The translations under genes were made by a program, and so were the position numbers. The notes beneath the pieces are model-generated. The model was not told where the DNA came from and made no database searches. It saw nothing but the letters and a program-made list of their open reading frames with translations. This document shows positions 8,542-16,589 of a DNA stretch of 30,714 nt, in pieces; the stretch's first letter is position 1; every line of letters starts with the position of its first letter. The DNA is taken from positions 1 through 30,714 of IMG/VR virus record IMGVR_UViG_3300005611_000139. One strand, written 5' to 3'. Origin of the DNA: a virus. Taxonomy: Duplodnaviria; Caudoviricetes.

Positions 8542-8991
8542 ATGCCTAGTGGATTTAAAACTTTCGCAACCGGTGAAGTATTAACGGCGAGCGATGTAAA
8601 TAATTATTTAATGGAACAAAGTATCTGCGTATTTGCCGACGCTACGGCTCGCGACGCAGGAATTACTACACCGGAAGACGGTCAGTTTGTATTTTTAACA
8701 GGATCAAGTACTTTACAATTTTACGGATCTAGCGCTTGGAATAATTTTATTGGCGAGGGCGATATTACGGGCGTAACTGCCGGTGCCGGTTTATCCGGTG
8801 GTGGTACAAGCGGTGCAGTTTCTTTAGCCGTAGATATTAACGGCCAAAGTAGTGCAACAGTTGCAAGTACAGATGAAGTACTTATAGGCGACGTAGATGA
8901 TAGTAATAATATAAAAAAGACAACAGCGCAAGATATTGCAAACCTAGCACCCGCAGGCGCTACGGTAGGTTTAATTTTAGCGTTAGGATAG
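8542..8991 (+). CDS. Minor tail/tail fibre anchor protein
   Basis: FATGEVLTASDVNNYLM N-terminus resembling actinophage minor tail proteins; GDITGVTAGAGLSGGGTSG fibre-like segment. Confidence 0.65.
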   Translation: MPSGFKTFATGEVLTASDVNNYLMEQSICVFADATARDAGITTPEDGQFVFLTGSSTLQFYGSSAWNNFIGEGDITGVTAGAGLSGGGTSGAVSLAVDINGQSSATVASTDEVLIGDVDDSNNIKKTTAQDIANLAPAGATVGLILALG

Positions 8992-9003
8992 AAAGGATAT
9001 ACA

Positions 9004-9333
9004 TTGGCGGAAAGTTATAAAAATGCGTATTTAGATATTACTTCTAGCGCGCAAACACTTTATACTAATTCAAGCGGTGGATCCGGGATTATAGTTACTT
9101 TACGTATAACTAACGTAGACGGTGCTACCGACGATACAATAACCGCAGATATTATTGACGCTACTAGTGGTAATAGTCGTATAGCTTATACTATAAGCGT
9201 CCCGGCAGATAGCACTATAGAGCTAGCGGGTACTTCTAAATTATTTTTAGAAAATGGCGATAGTATACAATTACAAGGCGGTAACGCGTCCGGTGATCTA
9301 GAGGCTTTTGCAAGTATTTTAGAAATAACCTAA
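9004..9333 (+). CDS. Small beta-rich tail-associated protein
   Basis: AAAGGA RBS with TTG start; 109 aa; ends ASILEIT. Confidence 0.6.
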   Translation: MAESYKNAYLDITSSAQTLYTNSSGGSGIIVTLRITNVDGATDDTITADIIDATSGNSRIAYTISVPADSTIELAGTSKLFLENGDSIQLQGGNASGDLEAFASILEIT

Positions 9334-9343
9334 AGGAGTAATT

Positions 9344-9964
9344 ATGCCTTATGGTTATCTAGGACAAAATCAACCTAATCAAACTGTATCTAATAGTGGT
9401 GTCTTTTCTATTACTGATGTAGCTGAACTTCAATCACAGGGAAAACTTGGTGGTAGCTTAGAACTTATTGAGGAACAAACTTATTCATCTGATGTTAATT
9501 ATGTAGATTTCACAAATTTATATACAAGCAAATATGATGTCCATATTTTATATTTTGAAAAATGCTATGCATATTCACTTTCAAATATAAGACTTAGGTT
9601 TTTTGAAAGTGGTGTAGTTCAAACTGGAAGTGTTTATAGATATGCTTTGTGGGCAACTAATTATATTGGTGGAAATGGTGAGTTAAAAAGTAATGGTACT
9701 ACTGAATTGTTTATTGCAAATTATGCAAACAATCAAGGTAGAGATGGTAATGGATATATTATTTTTTATGGTCTTGGGGATAGTACAAAATATTCATCTT
9801 TTAACTCATTTTCAACTGGTGGTCATTTAGAAGATTATGTATTTACAGGTGGTGGAACTATGTTATCTGCTAGTGATGTTGATGGCATAAGAGTACTAAA
9901 TGGCACAGGTACTTCTGCATTTCAAAGCTACAAGATGAAATTATTTGGGGTTAAAAAATTATGA
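9344..9964 (+). CDS. Putative receptor-binding/tail appendage paralog A1
   Basis: N-terminal YGY.G..P.Q...SGVF segment plus a ~170-aa beta-rich domain; clear paralog of 10991..11638. Confidence 0.6.
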   Translation: MPYGYLGQNQPNQTVSNSGVFSITDVAELQSQGKLGGSLELIEEQTYSSDVNYVDFTNLYTSKYDVHILYFEKCYAYSLSNIRLRFFESGVVQTGSVYRYALWATNYIGGNGELKSNGTTELFIANYANNQGRDGNGYIIFYGLGDSTKYSSFNSFSTGGHLEDYVFTGGGTMLSASDVDGIRVLNGTGTSAFQSYKMKLFGVKKL

Positions 9965-10476
9965 GTGCTTTGAGATTAGTGAATGAAACACAAATAACTT
10001 CTAGTGTTTTAACAGTAAATATAGAAAATGTCTTTTCAAATGATTTTAAAGTGTATCAAATTATTTCTAATGGAATAAACAAAGCTACTACTGGTAATGT
10101 AAATATTAACCTAAGATTAATTAATTCATCAAGCACAGTAGTAACTTCTAATTATCAATGGGGCAACATAAATTTAAAAGCTAATACTACTTATTCAAAT
10201 AACTACACAACTAATGATACAGAAGTTGATTATTTTTTTGGTAGAGCTGGGGATAATGAGGGAACTGGAACTGTTGCTTGGATATTCAATCCATATTCAT
10301 CATCAGATAACACTTATTGTATTTTTCAAAACCAATATGACAATAACAATATTGCACCAGAAGGAACTATGGGGCTTTTTTCAATTATGAGTACAACTTC
10401 TTTTACAGGATTTCAAGTTTATTCAACTTCTAATATTGATGAGGGTTTTATAAGAGTGTATGGGTTAAGTGAGTAA
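9961..10476 (+). CDS. Putative receptor-binding paralog B1
   Basis: FS.D..VY, LRL..SS.TV, I.NPY, VYG motifs shared with 11638..12156. Confidence 0.55.
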   Translation: MSALRLVNETQITSSVLTVNIENVFSNDFKVYQIISNGINKATTGNVNINLRLINSSSTVVTSNYQWGNINLKANTTYSNNYTTNDTEVDYFFGRAGDNEGTGTVAWIFNPYSSSDNTYCIFQNQYDNNNIAPEGTMGLFSIMSTTSFTGFQVYSTSNIDEGFIRVYGLSE

Positions 10477-10478
10477 AT

Positions 10479-10988
10479 ATGTCAGTTGGTAAATTAGTAA
10501 AAGTAAATCAAACTATTGGAGATAGCACTTCTACCACAATTTCAGTAACAGGGATTGATAGTGATAATGATTATATTGTTGTAGCTAGAAATTTAGTTAC
10601 AACTTATTCAACTTCATCTTGTTATGCAAGAGTTACAAAAAGTGGAAGTCAAGATAGTACAACAAACTATACTTATACAAGCACTCTAATAAATACAAAT
10701 GGTGCTAAAGCACAAGTTTATAGTTCATCAGCTTCTTTGTTAGAAGTTTTTTCTAGTCAAAATACTGGAACTGGAATATCTGATTGTGGTGTCTTTTGGT
10801 TAAAGAAATTCAATTCATCAAGTGATTATTCATATATTTTATGGCAAACAATTAGAGGTTTTGTACCACAAACTTGGTATGGAACTGGTGTTCATAAAGT
10901 AACTAGTTCAAGTGATGGATTTGGACTTCTTTTAAATGCTGGAAATTTTGCTACTGGAAGTCAATTAACTTTATATAAGGTGGTATAA
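10479..10988 (+). CDS. Putative receptor-binding paralog C1
   Basis: G.L.K.N, TGIDS, T.SG..DST.NY.Y, GTG, FN..S.YS, DGF, FA.G motifs shared with 12156..12677. Confidence 0.55.
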   Translation: MSVGKLVKVNQTIGDSTSTTISVTGIDSDNDYIVVARNLVTTYSTSSCYARVTKSGSQDSTTNYTYTSTLINTNGAKAQVYSSSASLLEVFSSQNTGTGISDCGVFWLKKFNSSSDYSYILWQTIRGFVPQTWYGTGVHKVTSSSDGFGLLLNAGNFATGSQLTLYKVV

Positions 10989-10990
10989 CA

Positions 10991-11638
10991 ATGGCAGATG
11001 ATTTGAAATATGGATATAAAGGTGCAGAGCCAACACAAAGTTTTGGTAATAATACAGGTGTGTTTGACCCTAATGATATTAACAACCTTATAGCAGATAA
11101 TAAATGGACTACTTTTGGACAATTAGAATTAATTGAAACTCAAACATACAGTTCAGGTGTTGCAAATATTGATTTTACTTCTATTGATGAAAGTATATAC
11201 AATGTTCATTTTATGACTATTAGTAATTTAAAATGTACTGCTGCTAGTCAAAGTGTAGGTATTCAATTATATGAAAGTGGTACTTTAGAAACTGGAAGTG
11301 TATATGAATATGCAAATGAATATATAAATTTAGGTGGTGGTGGCTCTGAAGTAAAAAGTACAGGATATACACAAATAAGATTATTTTCTACAAGTTCACA
11401 AGCAATAAATGGAATAAATGCTTATCTTTATTTTTACAATTTAGGGGATAGTGCAAAATACAGTTTTACATCAATGCAACATTTTATGGAGGCAGCTACA
11501 GGAACTATGTATGCTTATTTTGGTAATGGGGTTTTACCTCAAGCAAGTGTAGTTGACGGAATTAGAATTGTAAATCACGCATCAAATAATTTTACTGATT
11601 TTGATATATCCCTATACGGCATAAAGGAATATTCATAA
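10991..11638 (+). CDS. Putative receptor-binding/tail appendage paralog A2
   Basis: LELIE.QTYSS.V..IDFT, ESG...TGSVY.YA, LGDS.KYS, VDGIR motifs shared with A1. Confidence 0.6.
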   Translation: MADDLKYGYKGAEPTQSFGNNTGVFDPNDINNLIADNKWTTFGQLELIETQTYSSGVANIDFTSIDESIYNVHFMTISNLKCTAASQSVGIQLYESGTLETGSVYEYANEYINLGGGGSEVKSTGYTQIRLFSTSSQAINGINAYLYFYNLGDSAKYSFTSMQHFMEAATGTMYAYFGNGVLPQASVVDGIRIVNHASNNFTDFDISLYGIKEYS

Positions 11639-12156
11639 TGGCTACTAATTTAGAATTTATAAAATCTGCTAGTGGAACTTCTGTTAGTTCATTAGATGTA
11701 ACAGATTGTTTTAGTGCTGATTATGATGTGTATAAAGTTGTTATACCTAATTTTGAAATATCATCAGGCTCAACAATATATCTACAAATGAGATTATTAG
11801 ATAGTAGTGGAACTGTTATAAGTGCAAGTGAATATGATAATGCTACTTTCATTTTAAGAAGTAATTCTGCATATAGTAATGGTAGTTACAGTGCTAATTT
11901 AAATTATTTTAGATATCTTGCACAAGTTAATTCAAGTGCCGATGTAGGTATAGGAACAATTTTATATATTTATAATCCTTATAACACTAAATATACATAT
12001 ATACAATATCAAAGCAGTAGTTGGATAGGCTCAGCACTATATGGCTGGAAAGGTATAGGGGTTCATAAAGTAGAAGAACAAATTTCAGGTTTAAATTTTT
12101 TTCCAACTTCTGGAAATATGGATTTTGATGTATCAGTATATGGAGTTAAAAGCTAA
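11638..12156 (+). CDS. Putative receptor-binding paralog B2
   Basis: Paralog of B1; ends VYGVKS. Confidence 0.55.
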   Translation: MATNLEFIKSASGTSVSSLDVTDCFSADYDVYKVVIPNFEISSGSTIYLQMRLLDSSGTVISASEYDNATFILRSNSAYSNGSYSANLNYFRYLAQVNSSADVGIGTILYIYNPYNTKYTYIQYQSSSWIGSALYGWKGIGVHKVEEQISGLNFFPTSGNMDFDVSVYGVKS

Positions 12157-12677
12157 TGGCAGGTTCACTTATAAAAATAAATGAAGTAAATGTAACAAGT
12201 GGTGCAACTATGAACATAACAGGAATAGATAGTACTTATGATGTATATGTTTTACAGTTCAATGATGTTGTGGCAGATACAGATGACAAAGAATTATATG
12301 TTAGATTTACTGCTAGTGGAACTGCTGATAGTACTGCTAATTATGATTATGCAGTAAAAGAGCTAAGAAATGATTTTGATTTTCAAAGAAGAGGTAATAG
12401 TAATAAAACATTTTTACCAGTAAATATATCAGGAAATGGTACAGGAACAGGTGAGGCTTGTAATGGAACAATATATGCTTTTAACTTTAATAATGCTAGT
12501 GAGTACAGTTTTTGCACTATGGAAATAACAAGGATGTCTGCAGATCCTATATTATTTGGTTGGCAAGGTGGTGGAGTATTAACAGTTGCACAAGCTACAG
12601 ATGGATTTGAATTTTTTTGGGAAAGTTCTGTTGATTTTGCAAGTGGTCAGTTTGTTCTGTATGGCTTGAAAAAATAG
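12156..12677 (+). CDS. Putative receptor-binding paralog C2
   Basis: Paralog of C1; ends LYGLKK. Confidence 0.55.
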   Translation: MAGSLIKINEVNVTSGATMNITGIDSTYDVYVLQFNDVVADTDDKELYVRFTASGTADSTANYDYAVKELRNDFDFQRRGNSNKTFLPVNISGNGTGTGEACNGTIYAFNFNNASEYSFCTMEITRMSADPILFGWQGGGVLTVAQATDGFEFFWESSVDFASGQFVLYGLKK

Positions 12678-12679
12678 AA

Positions 12680-12697
12680 TATGGTTTAAAGAAGTAA
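12680..12697 (+). pseudogene. Orphan duplicated gene 3' end (YGLKK-stop scar)
   Basis: TAT GGT TTA AAG AAG TAA lies 2 nt after TAT GGC TTG AAA AAA TAG: same peptide, different synonymous codons. Confidence 0.6.
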
Positions 12698-12710
12698 GTA
12701 TAAGAAATAT

Positions 12711-12750
12711 ATGTCATATTACGTTTAATTTAGATCTACTTACTTAAACT
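12711..12750 (+). promoter_or_regulatory. Putative late promoter ATGTCAT-N27-TAAACT (leaderless)
   Basis: Same spacing as the other three copies; 7 nt separate the -10 from ATG 12758 and there is no SD. Confidence 0.65.
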
Positions 12751-12757
12751 TTATTTT

Positions 12758-13054
12758 ATGACAGAAGAACAAGCTTTAGCGCAAGCTACACAAGAAATAG
12801 AAGACGCTAAACCGTTATATAAGCAAGTAAATAAAGAACGTTTAGAGTTTAGCCAAGCAGATTATGACCAAGCTATTATAGATCGTAAAAATTCTATATT
12901 AGATGAATATAATAACGGCTACATAAGGGCTAGACAAGAACAATATTTAGCTATCCCGGAACAATTAGATTTAATTTATTGGGACGGAGTAAATGGTACT
13001 ACTAATTGGGCAGATCATATAGCCGAAGTAAAGGCTAATAACCCTAAACCGTAA
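12758..13054 (+). CDS. Tail fibre-associated/assembly-like protein
   Basis: Y..AR...Y..I.EQLD.IYWD...W..HI..VKA.NPKP C-terminal pattern, recognised from genes next to phage fibre genes. Confidence 0.55.
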   Translation: MTEEQALAQATQEIEDAKPLYKQVNKERLEFSQADYDQAIIDRKNSILDEYNNGYIRARQEQYLAIPEQLDLIYWDGVNGTTNWADHIAEVKANNPKP

Positions 13055-13330
13055 TTGACCGAACTTCAAAAAATGCGCCTAATAGCGTTAGAGCGCGCCG
13101 GTAATAAATGCGAGTGGCCGGAGTGTATAAACTACGACCATAAATTAGAAATGGCGCATTTAAAAGATATAGGTATGGGCGGTAGCCCAAGCCGTAAATA
13201 CGATATAAATAACGTTGCTATGTTATGTAAATTACACCACGATTTATATGACGGGCGCTCTATATCATTGGCTAAAAAAGAGTATCGCGTACTGTTAAAA
13301 TCTTACTTAGATTATGAGCGACAACAATAA
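13055..13330 (+). CDS. Small HNH-family nuclease-like protein
   Basis: CEWPEC...LEMAH...NNVAMLCKLHH. Confidence 0.7.
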   Translation: MTELQKMRLIALERAGNKCEWPECINYDHKLEMAHLKDIGMGGSPSRKYDINNVAMLCKLHHDLYDGRSISLAKKEYRVLLKSYLDYERQQ

Positions 13331-13499
13331 CTATACGCAGAAAGAAATGACGGCAAAAATAATGCTAGATATTGAAAAGATTTTTAACAAACTTGATGAA
13401 CTACAAAAAGATATAAATACTAGACCTACTAGAGCGGAAATATACGGTTGGATTATAGCCGGTATATCTATAGCTACTTTAGTTAACGTTTTAATGTAA
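13314..13499 (+). CDS. Small coiled-coil protein with C-terminal TM helix
   Basis: IEKIFNKLDELQKDI followed by IYGWIIAGISIATLVNVLM. Confidence 0.7.
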   Translation: MSDNNNYTQKEMTAKIMLDIEKIFNKLDELQKDINTRPTRAEIYGWIIAGISIATLVNVLM

Positions 13500-13693
13500 T
13501 GAAAGTTGATCTAAAAACTATAACTCCTATTTTAGTTACTACGCTTATAGGCGTTATAGGTTGGTTATTTAATACTATAGAGGAACTACAAATAGCTCAC
13601 AGTTCAATGATGGAACAATTACGCATATTAGAAAAAGATTTAGATATGCAAGAAAGTTTATTTAGTGAACTATTATTTAAAATAAGCGGATAA
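13499..13693 (+). CDS. Small protein with N-terminal TM helix and coiled coil
   Basis: ITPILVTTLIGVIGWLF; TAATG coupling. Confidence 0.7.
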   Translation: MKVDLKTITPILVTTLIGVIGWLFNTIEELQIAHSSMMEQLRILEKDLDMQESLFSELLFKISG

Positions 13694-13702
13694 AATAAAG
13701 TT

Positions 13703-13783
13703 ATGGACGCTTTTATAGTTTTTAGTGCGATAATAGGAATTAATTACCTAGCGTGGTGGTTAATTAAACACGATAAAATTTAA
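13703..13783 (+). CDS. 26-aa single-TM peptide
   Basis: MDAFIVFSAIIGINYLAWWLIKHDKI; fills the gap tightly. Confidence 0.5.
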   Translation: MDAFIVFSAIIGINYLAWWLIKHDKI

Positions 13784-13785
13784 TT

Positions 13786-13935
13786 ATGGACTATATAGTA
13801 GGTTTTTTATTAGGTTTTTTTTTAAAAGATATTGTTTCTTTTATTAAAAAAGTAAGTGATCAAGATTGGTCTAGCCGTAACTACTACGATAGAGCTTATA
13901 AGTGGCTAGATTTAGACGAAGAAGATTTACCTTAA
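13786..13935 (+). CDS. 49-aa membrane-anchored peptide
   Basis: MDYIVGFLLGFFLKDIVSFIKKVSDQDW...EEDLP. Confidence 0.55.
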   Translation: MDYIVGFLLGFFLKDIVSFIKKVSDQDWSSRNYYDRAYKWLDLDEEDLP

Positions 13936-14006
13936 TTATTTATTTATAAGCTTTTAATGTCGTATAAAGCGAATATAATTACCCTAAGTTAAAAAAGGGG
14001 CTAAAT

Positions 14007-14279
14007 ATGACACAAATAGACTTTGATAGTTACGCTTTAGGTAAAATAAACTATAAAAGTAAAAATAAATTCGAAAATAAATACCCAAAAGAAACTGAAG
14101 TAATTATTAATTTATTAAAGCAAACTAAAATAAGAAAAAACGAAACTCAACTAAGCGTGTATAGTTATAAAACTATAGCGGAATATTGCATAGAAGTTTT
14201 AAATTATAAAATGGTACATAGTGAAAGTTTACGCAAAATAATAAGCCGTATAGCAAAAGAAAACGGGTGCGAGTTATGA
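14007..14279 (+). CDS. Hypothetical protein (possible DNA-binding)
   Basis: AAGGGG RBS; basic, helical C-terminus YSYKTIAEY...SESLRKIISR. Confidence 0.65.
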   Translation: MTQIDFDSYALGKINYKSKNKFENKYPKETEVIINLLKQTKIRKNETQLSVYSYKTIAEYCIEVLNYKMVHSESLRKIISRIAKENGCEL

Positions 14280-15487
14280 ATTTAGACGAATTTGTAGCTA
14301 CCCGTAAAGATGTACCCGAAGTAAAAAATAAAACTATAAAACCTAGCGCCGATTGGGTACCGGGCGTAGAAATGAACGGCGGTAAAGGTAGTATTACTAC
14401 TAAAGCTATACCTAAAGGCAACCCTAATTGGAACGATTGGATAGATTATTGGCTTGGCGACGGCGCTAGTAAAGACTTTTACGTAAGAGAGGACGAGCCG
14501 GTTAACTTTAGAACGTGGCAAGGTTGGGGCGAAAATGGTATACAAAACTTTTATTATTTTAAAGCTAACATATACGCGCGTAAAAATAATAAGTACCAAG
14601 ATAAAGAATTAAAAACACTAATTAGTAACGCTAAACGTAAAAAGCCGGTAGATCAACCTAAAACTAAAAATAAAAAAGCTTTCGTAATATGTATGTCGGA
14701 TTGGCAAGTCGGAAAAGAGGGTACGGAAGATATGTTAGATAGATATTATAAAGCTTTAGATAATATTGCTTTACAGATAAAACACTTAAAACGTAAATAT
14801 AACGATTTAGATAAGTTAGTAATAGCGGGTTTAGGTGATCTAGTCGAATCGTGTAGTGGCCATTACCCTATGCAAACGTTTACAACCGTTTTAGATGAAC
14901 GGCAGCAAAAAACGTTAGCTCGGCAAATGTTATTAGACGCCTTTAATAGATTTAGTAAAGATTTTAATGAGGTACTTGGGTTATGCGCCTTAGGAAATCA
15001 CGGTGAAAAAAGAATTGGTACTAAAGCCTACACTACGTTTGGGGATAATAAGGACGGCGAATTATTTGACGAGGTAGCGCAGATATTAAAAGCTGATCCT
15101 AGTAAAAAGCACGTTAAATTTACAATACCGGATAATAGTTTAGCTTATAGTATTGAAGTTTTACCGGGTACCGTACTTACTTTAGCGCACGGCCACCAAG
15201 CTAAACGAGGAACGACACCGGCCTTGCGGGTAGAAAATTGGTTTAATAAAATGGCTAGTAAGCAAAGTAAAGGTGGTTTTTATGCTACTAATGTTTTATT
15301 AGTAGGACATTACCACCACCATTGGAGTAAAGAAAATGAAAGGCTTATGTTGGGTGCAACTACCATAGATAACGGTAGCCAATGGTTTGAAGAAGGGGGC
15401 GGGGATAAAAGTTTACCCGGAGTAACAACGCTAGTTTTACATAGCACTAAAGATTTAAGAAAATGGAGTGATATAGAGATATTATGA
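14276..15487 (+). CDS. Calcineurin-like metallophosphoesterase
   Basis: SDWQVG, GDLVE, GNHGE, HGH and GHYHH motifs in canonical order; ATGA overlap favours the start at 14276. Confidence 0.85.
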   Translation: MNLDEFVATRKDVPEVKNKTIKPSADWVPGVEMNGGKGSITTKAIPKGNPNWNDWIDYWLGDGASKDFYVREDEPVNFRTWQGWGENGIQNFYYFKANIYARKNNKYQDKELKTLISNAKRKKPVDQPKTKNKKAFVICMSDWQVGKEGTEDMLDRYYKALDNIALQIKHLKRKYNDLDKLVIAGLGDLVESCSGHYPMQTFTTVLDERQQKTLARQMLLDAFNRFSKDFNEVLGLCALGNHGEKRIGTKAYTTFGDNKDGELFDEVAQILKADPSKKHVKFTIPDNSLAYSIEVLPGTVLTLAHGHQAKRGTTPALRVENWFNKMASKQSKGGFYATNVLLVGHYHHHWSKENERLMLGATTIDNGSQWFEEGGGDKSLPGVTTLVLHSTKDLRKWSDIEIL

Positions 15488-16260
15488 GTACAAGACGAGG
15501 AAGTAGTAATTGGTATTTAGAACATTGGGCAAATGCTTTAGGTAATACCGATGAATTAACAGTAATAAGATTTAACGGAAAAGGGCGGGCGCAAATTAAT
15601 AAGGCCGTATTACCCGCTTTTACATTATTAAATATGTGTTTAACGGAAGATAATTATATTACGCACCGTAATACTACGGGCGGTTATAACTTTCGTAAAA
15701 TAGCTAATAGTAATAGATATAGTTGCCACGCTTACGGTTTAGCCGTAGATATAAATTGGGACTTAAACCCGGTAACGCGCGACGGATCAACTAAAACTAA
15801 TTTTAAAGATAGTACTATTGCTAAAATTTTAGAGATTAAAACGCAAGACGGTTTACCGGTATTTAGGTGGGGCGGTAACTATAAAAGTTACAAAGACCCT
15901 ATGCACTTTGAAATATTTGTAACGCCGGAAGAATTAAATAAAGGTATAGTACGTAATAACTTTAACCAAACCGAATACGTTAAGTTAGGCCTAGCTAGTA
16001 AACCACTACGTAAAGGGGATAAAGGCGAGGGCGTTAAGTATATACAAAAATTACTTAATGAAGTTTTAGATCAACATTTAGTACCGGACGGCGACTTTGG
16101 TAGTTTAACGCAAGCCGCAGTTTTGGTTTTTCAAAAAAAAGCCGGGCTAATAGAGGACGGTATAGTAGGTTCTAATACCTACGCTAAATTAATGGAGTTT
16201 AGGTCTGCTAAAATAAAGGCGGAAAGGAATAGTTTAATTGGCAAATATCAAATCATCTAA
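15484..16260 (+). CDS. Endolysin: M15-family peptidase plus peptidoglycan-binding domain
   Basis: R..SCHAYGLAVDIN..WGG..DPMHFE; C-terminal LRKGDKGEGV..IQKLL..DGDFG..T..AV..FQ..GL..DGIVG. Confidence 0.9.
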   Translation: MSTRRGSSNWYLEHWANALGNTDELTVIRFNGKGRAQINKAVLPAFTLLNMCLTEDNYITHRNTTGGYNFRKIANSNRYSCHAYGLAVDINWDLNPVTRDGSTKTNFKDSTIAKILEIKTQDGLPVFRWGGNYKSYKDPMHFEIFVTPEELNKGIVRNNFNQTEYVKLGLASKPLRKGDKGEGVKYIQKLLNEVLDQHLVPDGDFGSLTQAAVLVFQKKAGLIEDGIVGSNTYAKLMEFRSAKIKAERNSLIGKYQII

Positions 16261-16468
16261 AAATTGGAAAGCCTATTGGGGCTTTATGTTATCTAAAGCT
16301 TTTCGTACCGGTTTACAAAGCGCTATATCTTTGTACTTAGCTAATAGCACCGGAATAATTAGTGCGGATATGTTAGAACTTTTAGCAGTAGCTTTTCTAT
16401 CTAGCTTTATTACAGTAATACAACACGCTTTAGAGCAATATAAACCTAAAGCGACTTGGGATAACTAA
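16238..16468 (+). CDS. Holin (r1t-like, two TM)
   Basis: KAFRTGLQSAI motif, two hydrophobic segments, directly after the lysin. Confidence 0.75.
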   Translation: MANIKSSKNWKAYWGFMLSKAFRTGLQSAISLYLANSTGIISADMLELLAVAFLSSFITVIQHALEQYKPKATWDN

Positions 16469-16496
16469 TTTTATAAGTTAAAATAAATAGATCAAA

Positions 16497-16527
16497 TTGT
16501 GTAATTACCCCCTAAGTAACTGCACAA
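16497..16527 (+). ncRNA. Candidate antisense (anti-RBS) hairpin in lysis-operon 3' UTR
   Basis: TTGTGTAATTAC-[CCCCTAA]-GTAACTGCACAA: 12-bp stem (one mismatch, one G-U); complementary to leaders at 3120, 3327, 16734 and 21195. Confidence 0.55.
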
Positions 16528-16529
16528 CC

Positions 16530-16589
16530 GAAAAAGCCGGGTAATATTTAAAAATAAATAAATATCTAAAAACCCGGCTTTTTTCTTTT
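16530..16589 (+). terminator. Rho-independent terminator with long AT-rich loop
   Basis: AAAAAGCCGGGT...ACCCGGCTTTTTTCTTTT; same stem sequence as the terminator at 3553. Confidence 0.75.

Noticed and set aside
9344-12697. Diversity-generating retroelement or invertase shufflon behind the paralog array
   Set aside because: No reverse transcriptase or recombinase ORF, no near-identical TR/VR pair differing at adenines, and all genes are co-oriented.
13978-14000. Third anti-RBS hairpin (ATTACCCTAAGTT)
   Set aside because: Only a partial match with no supporting outer stem or terminator. At most a weak local pairing with the AGGGG RBS.
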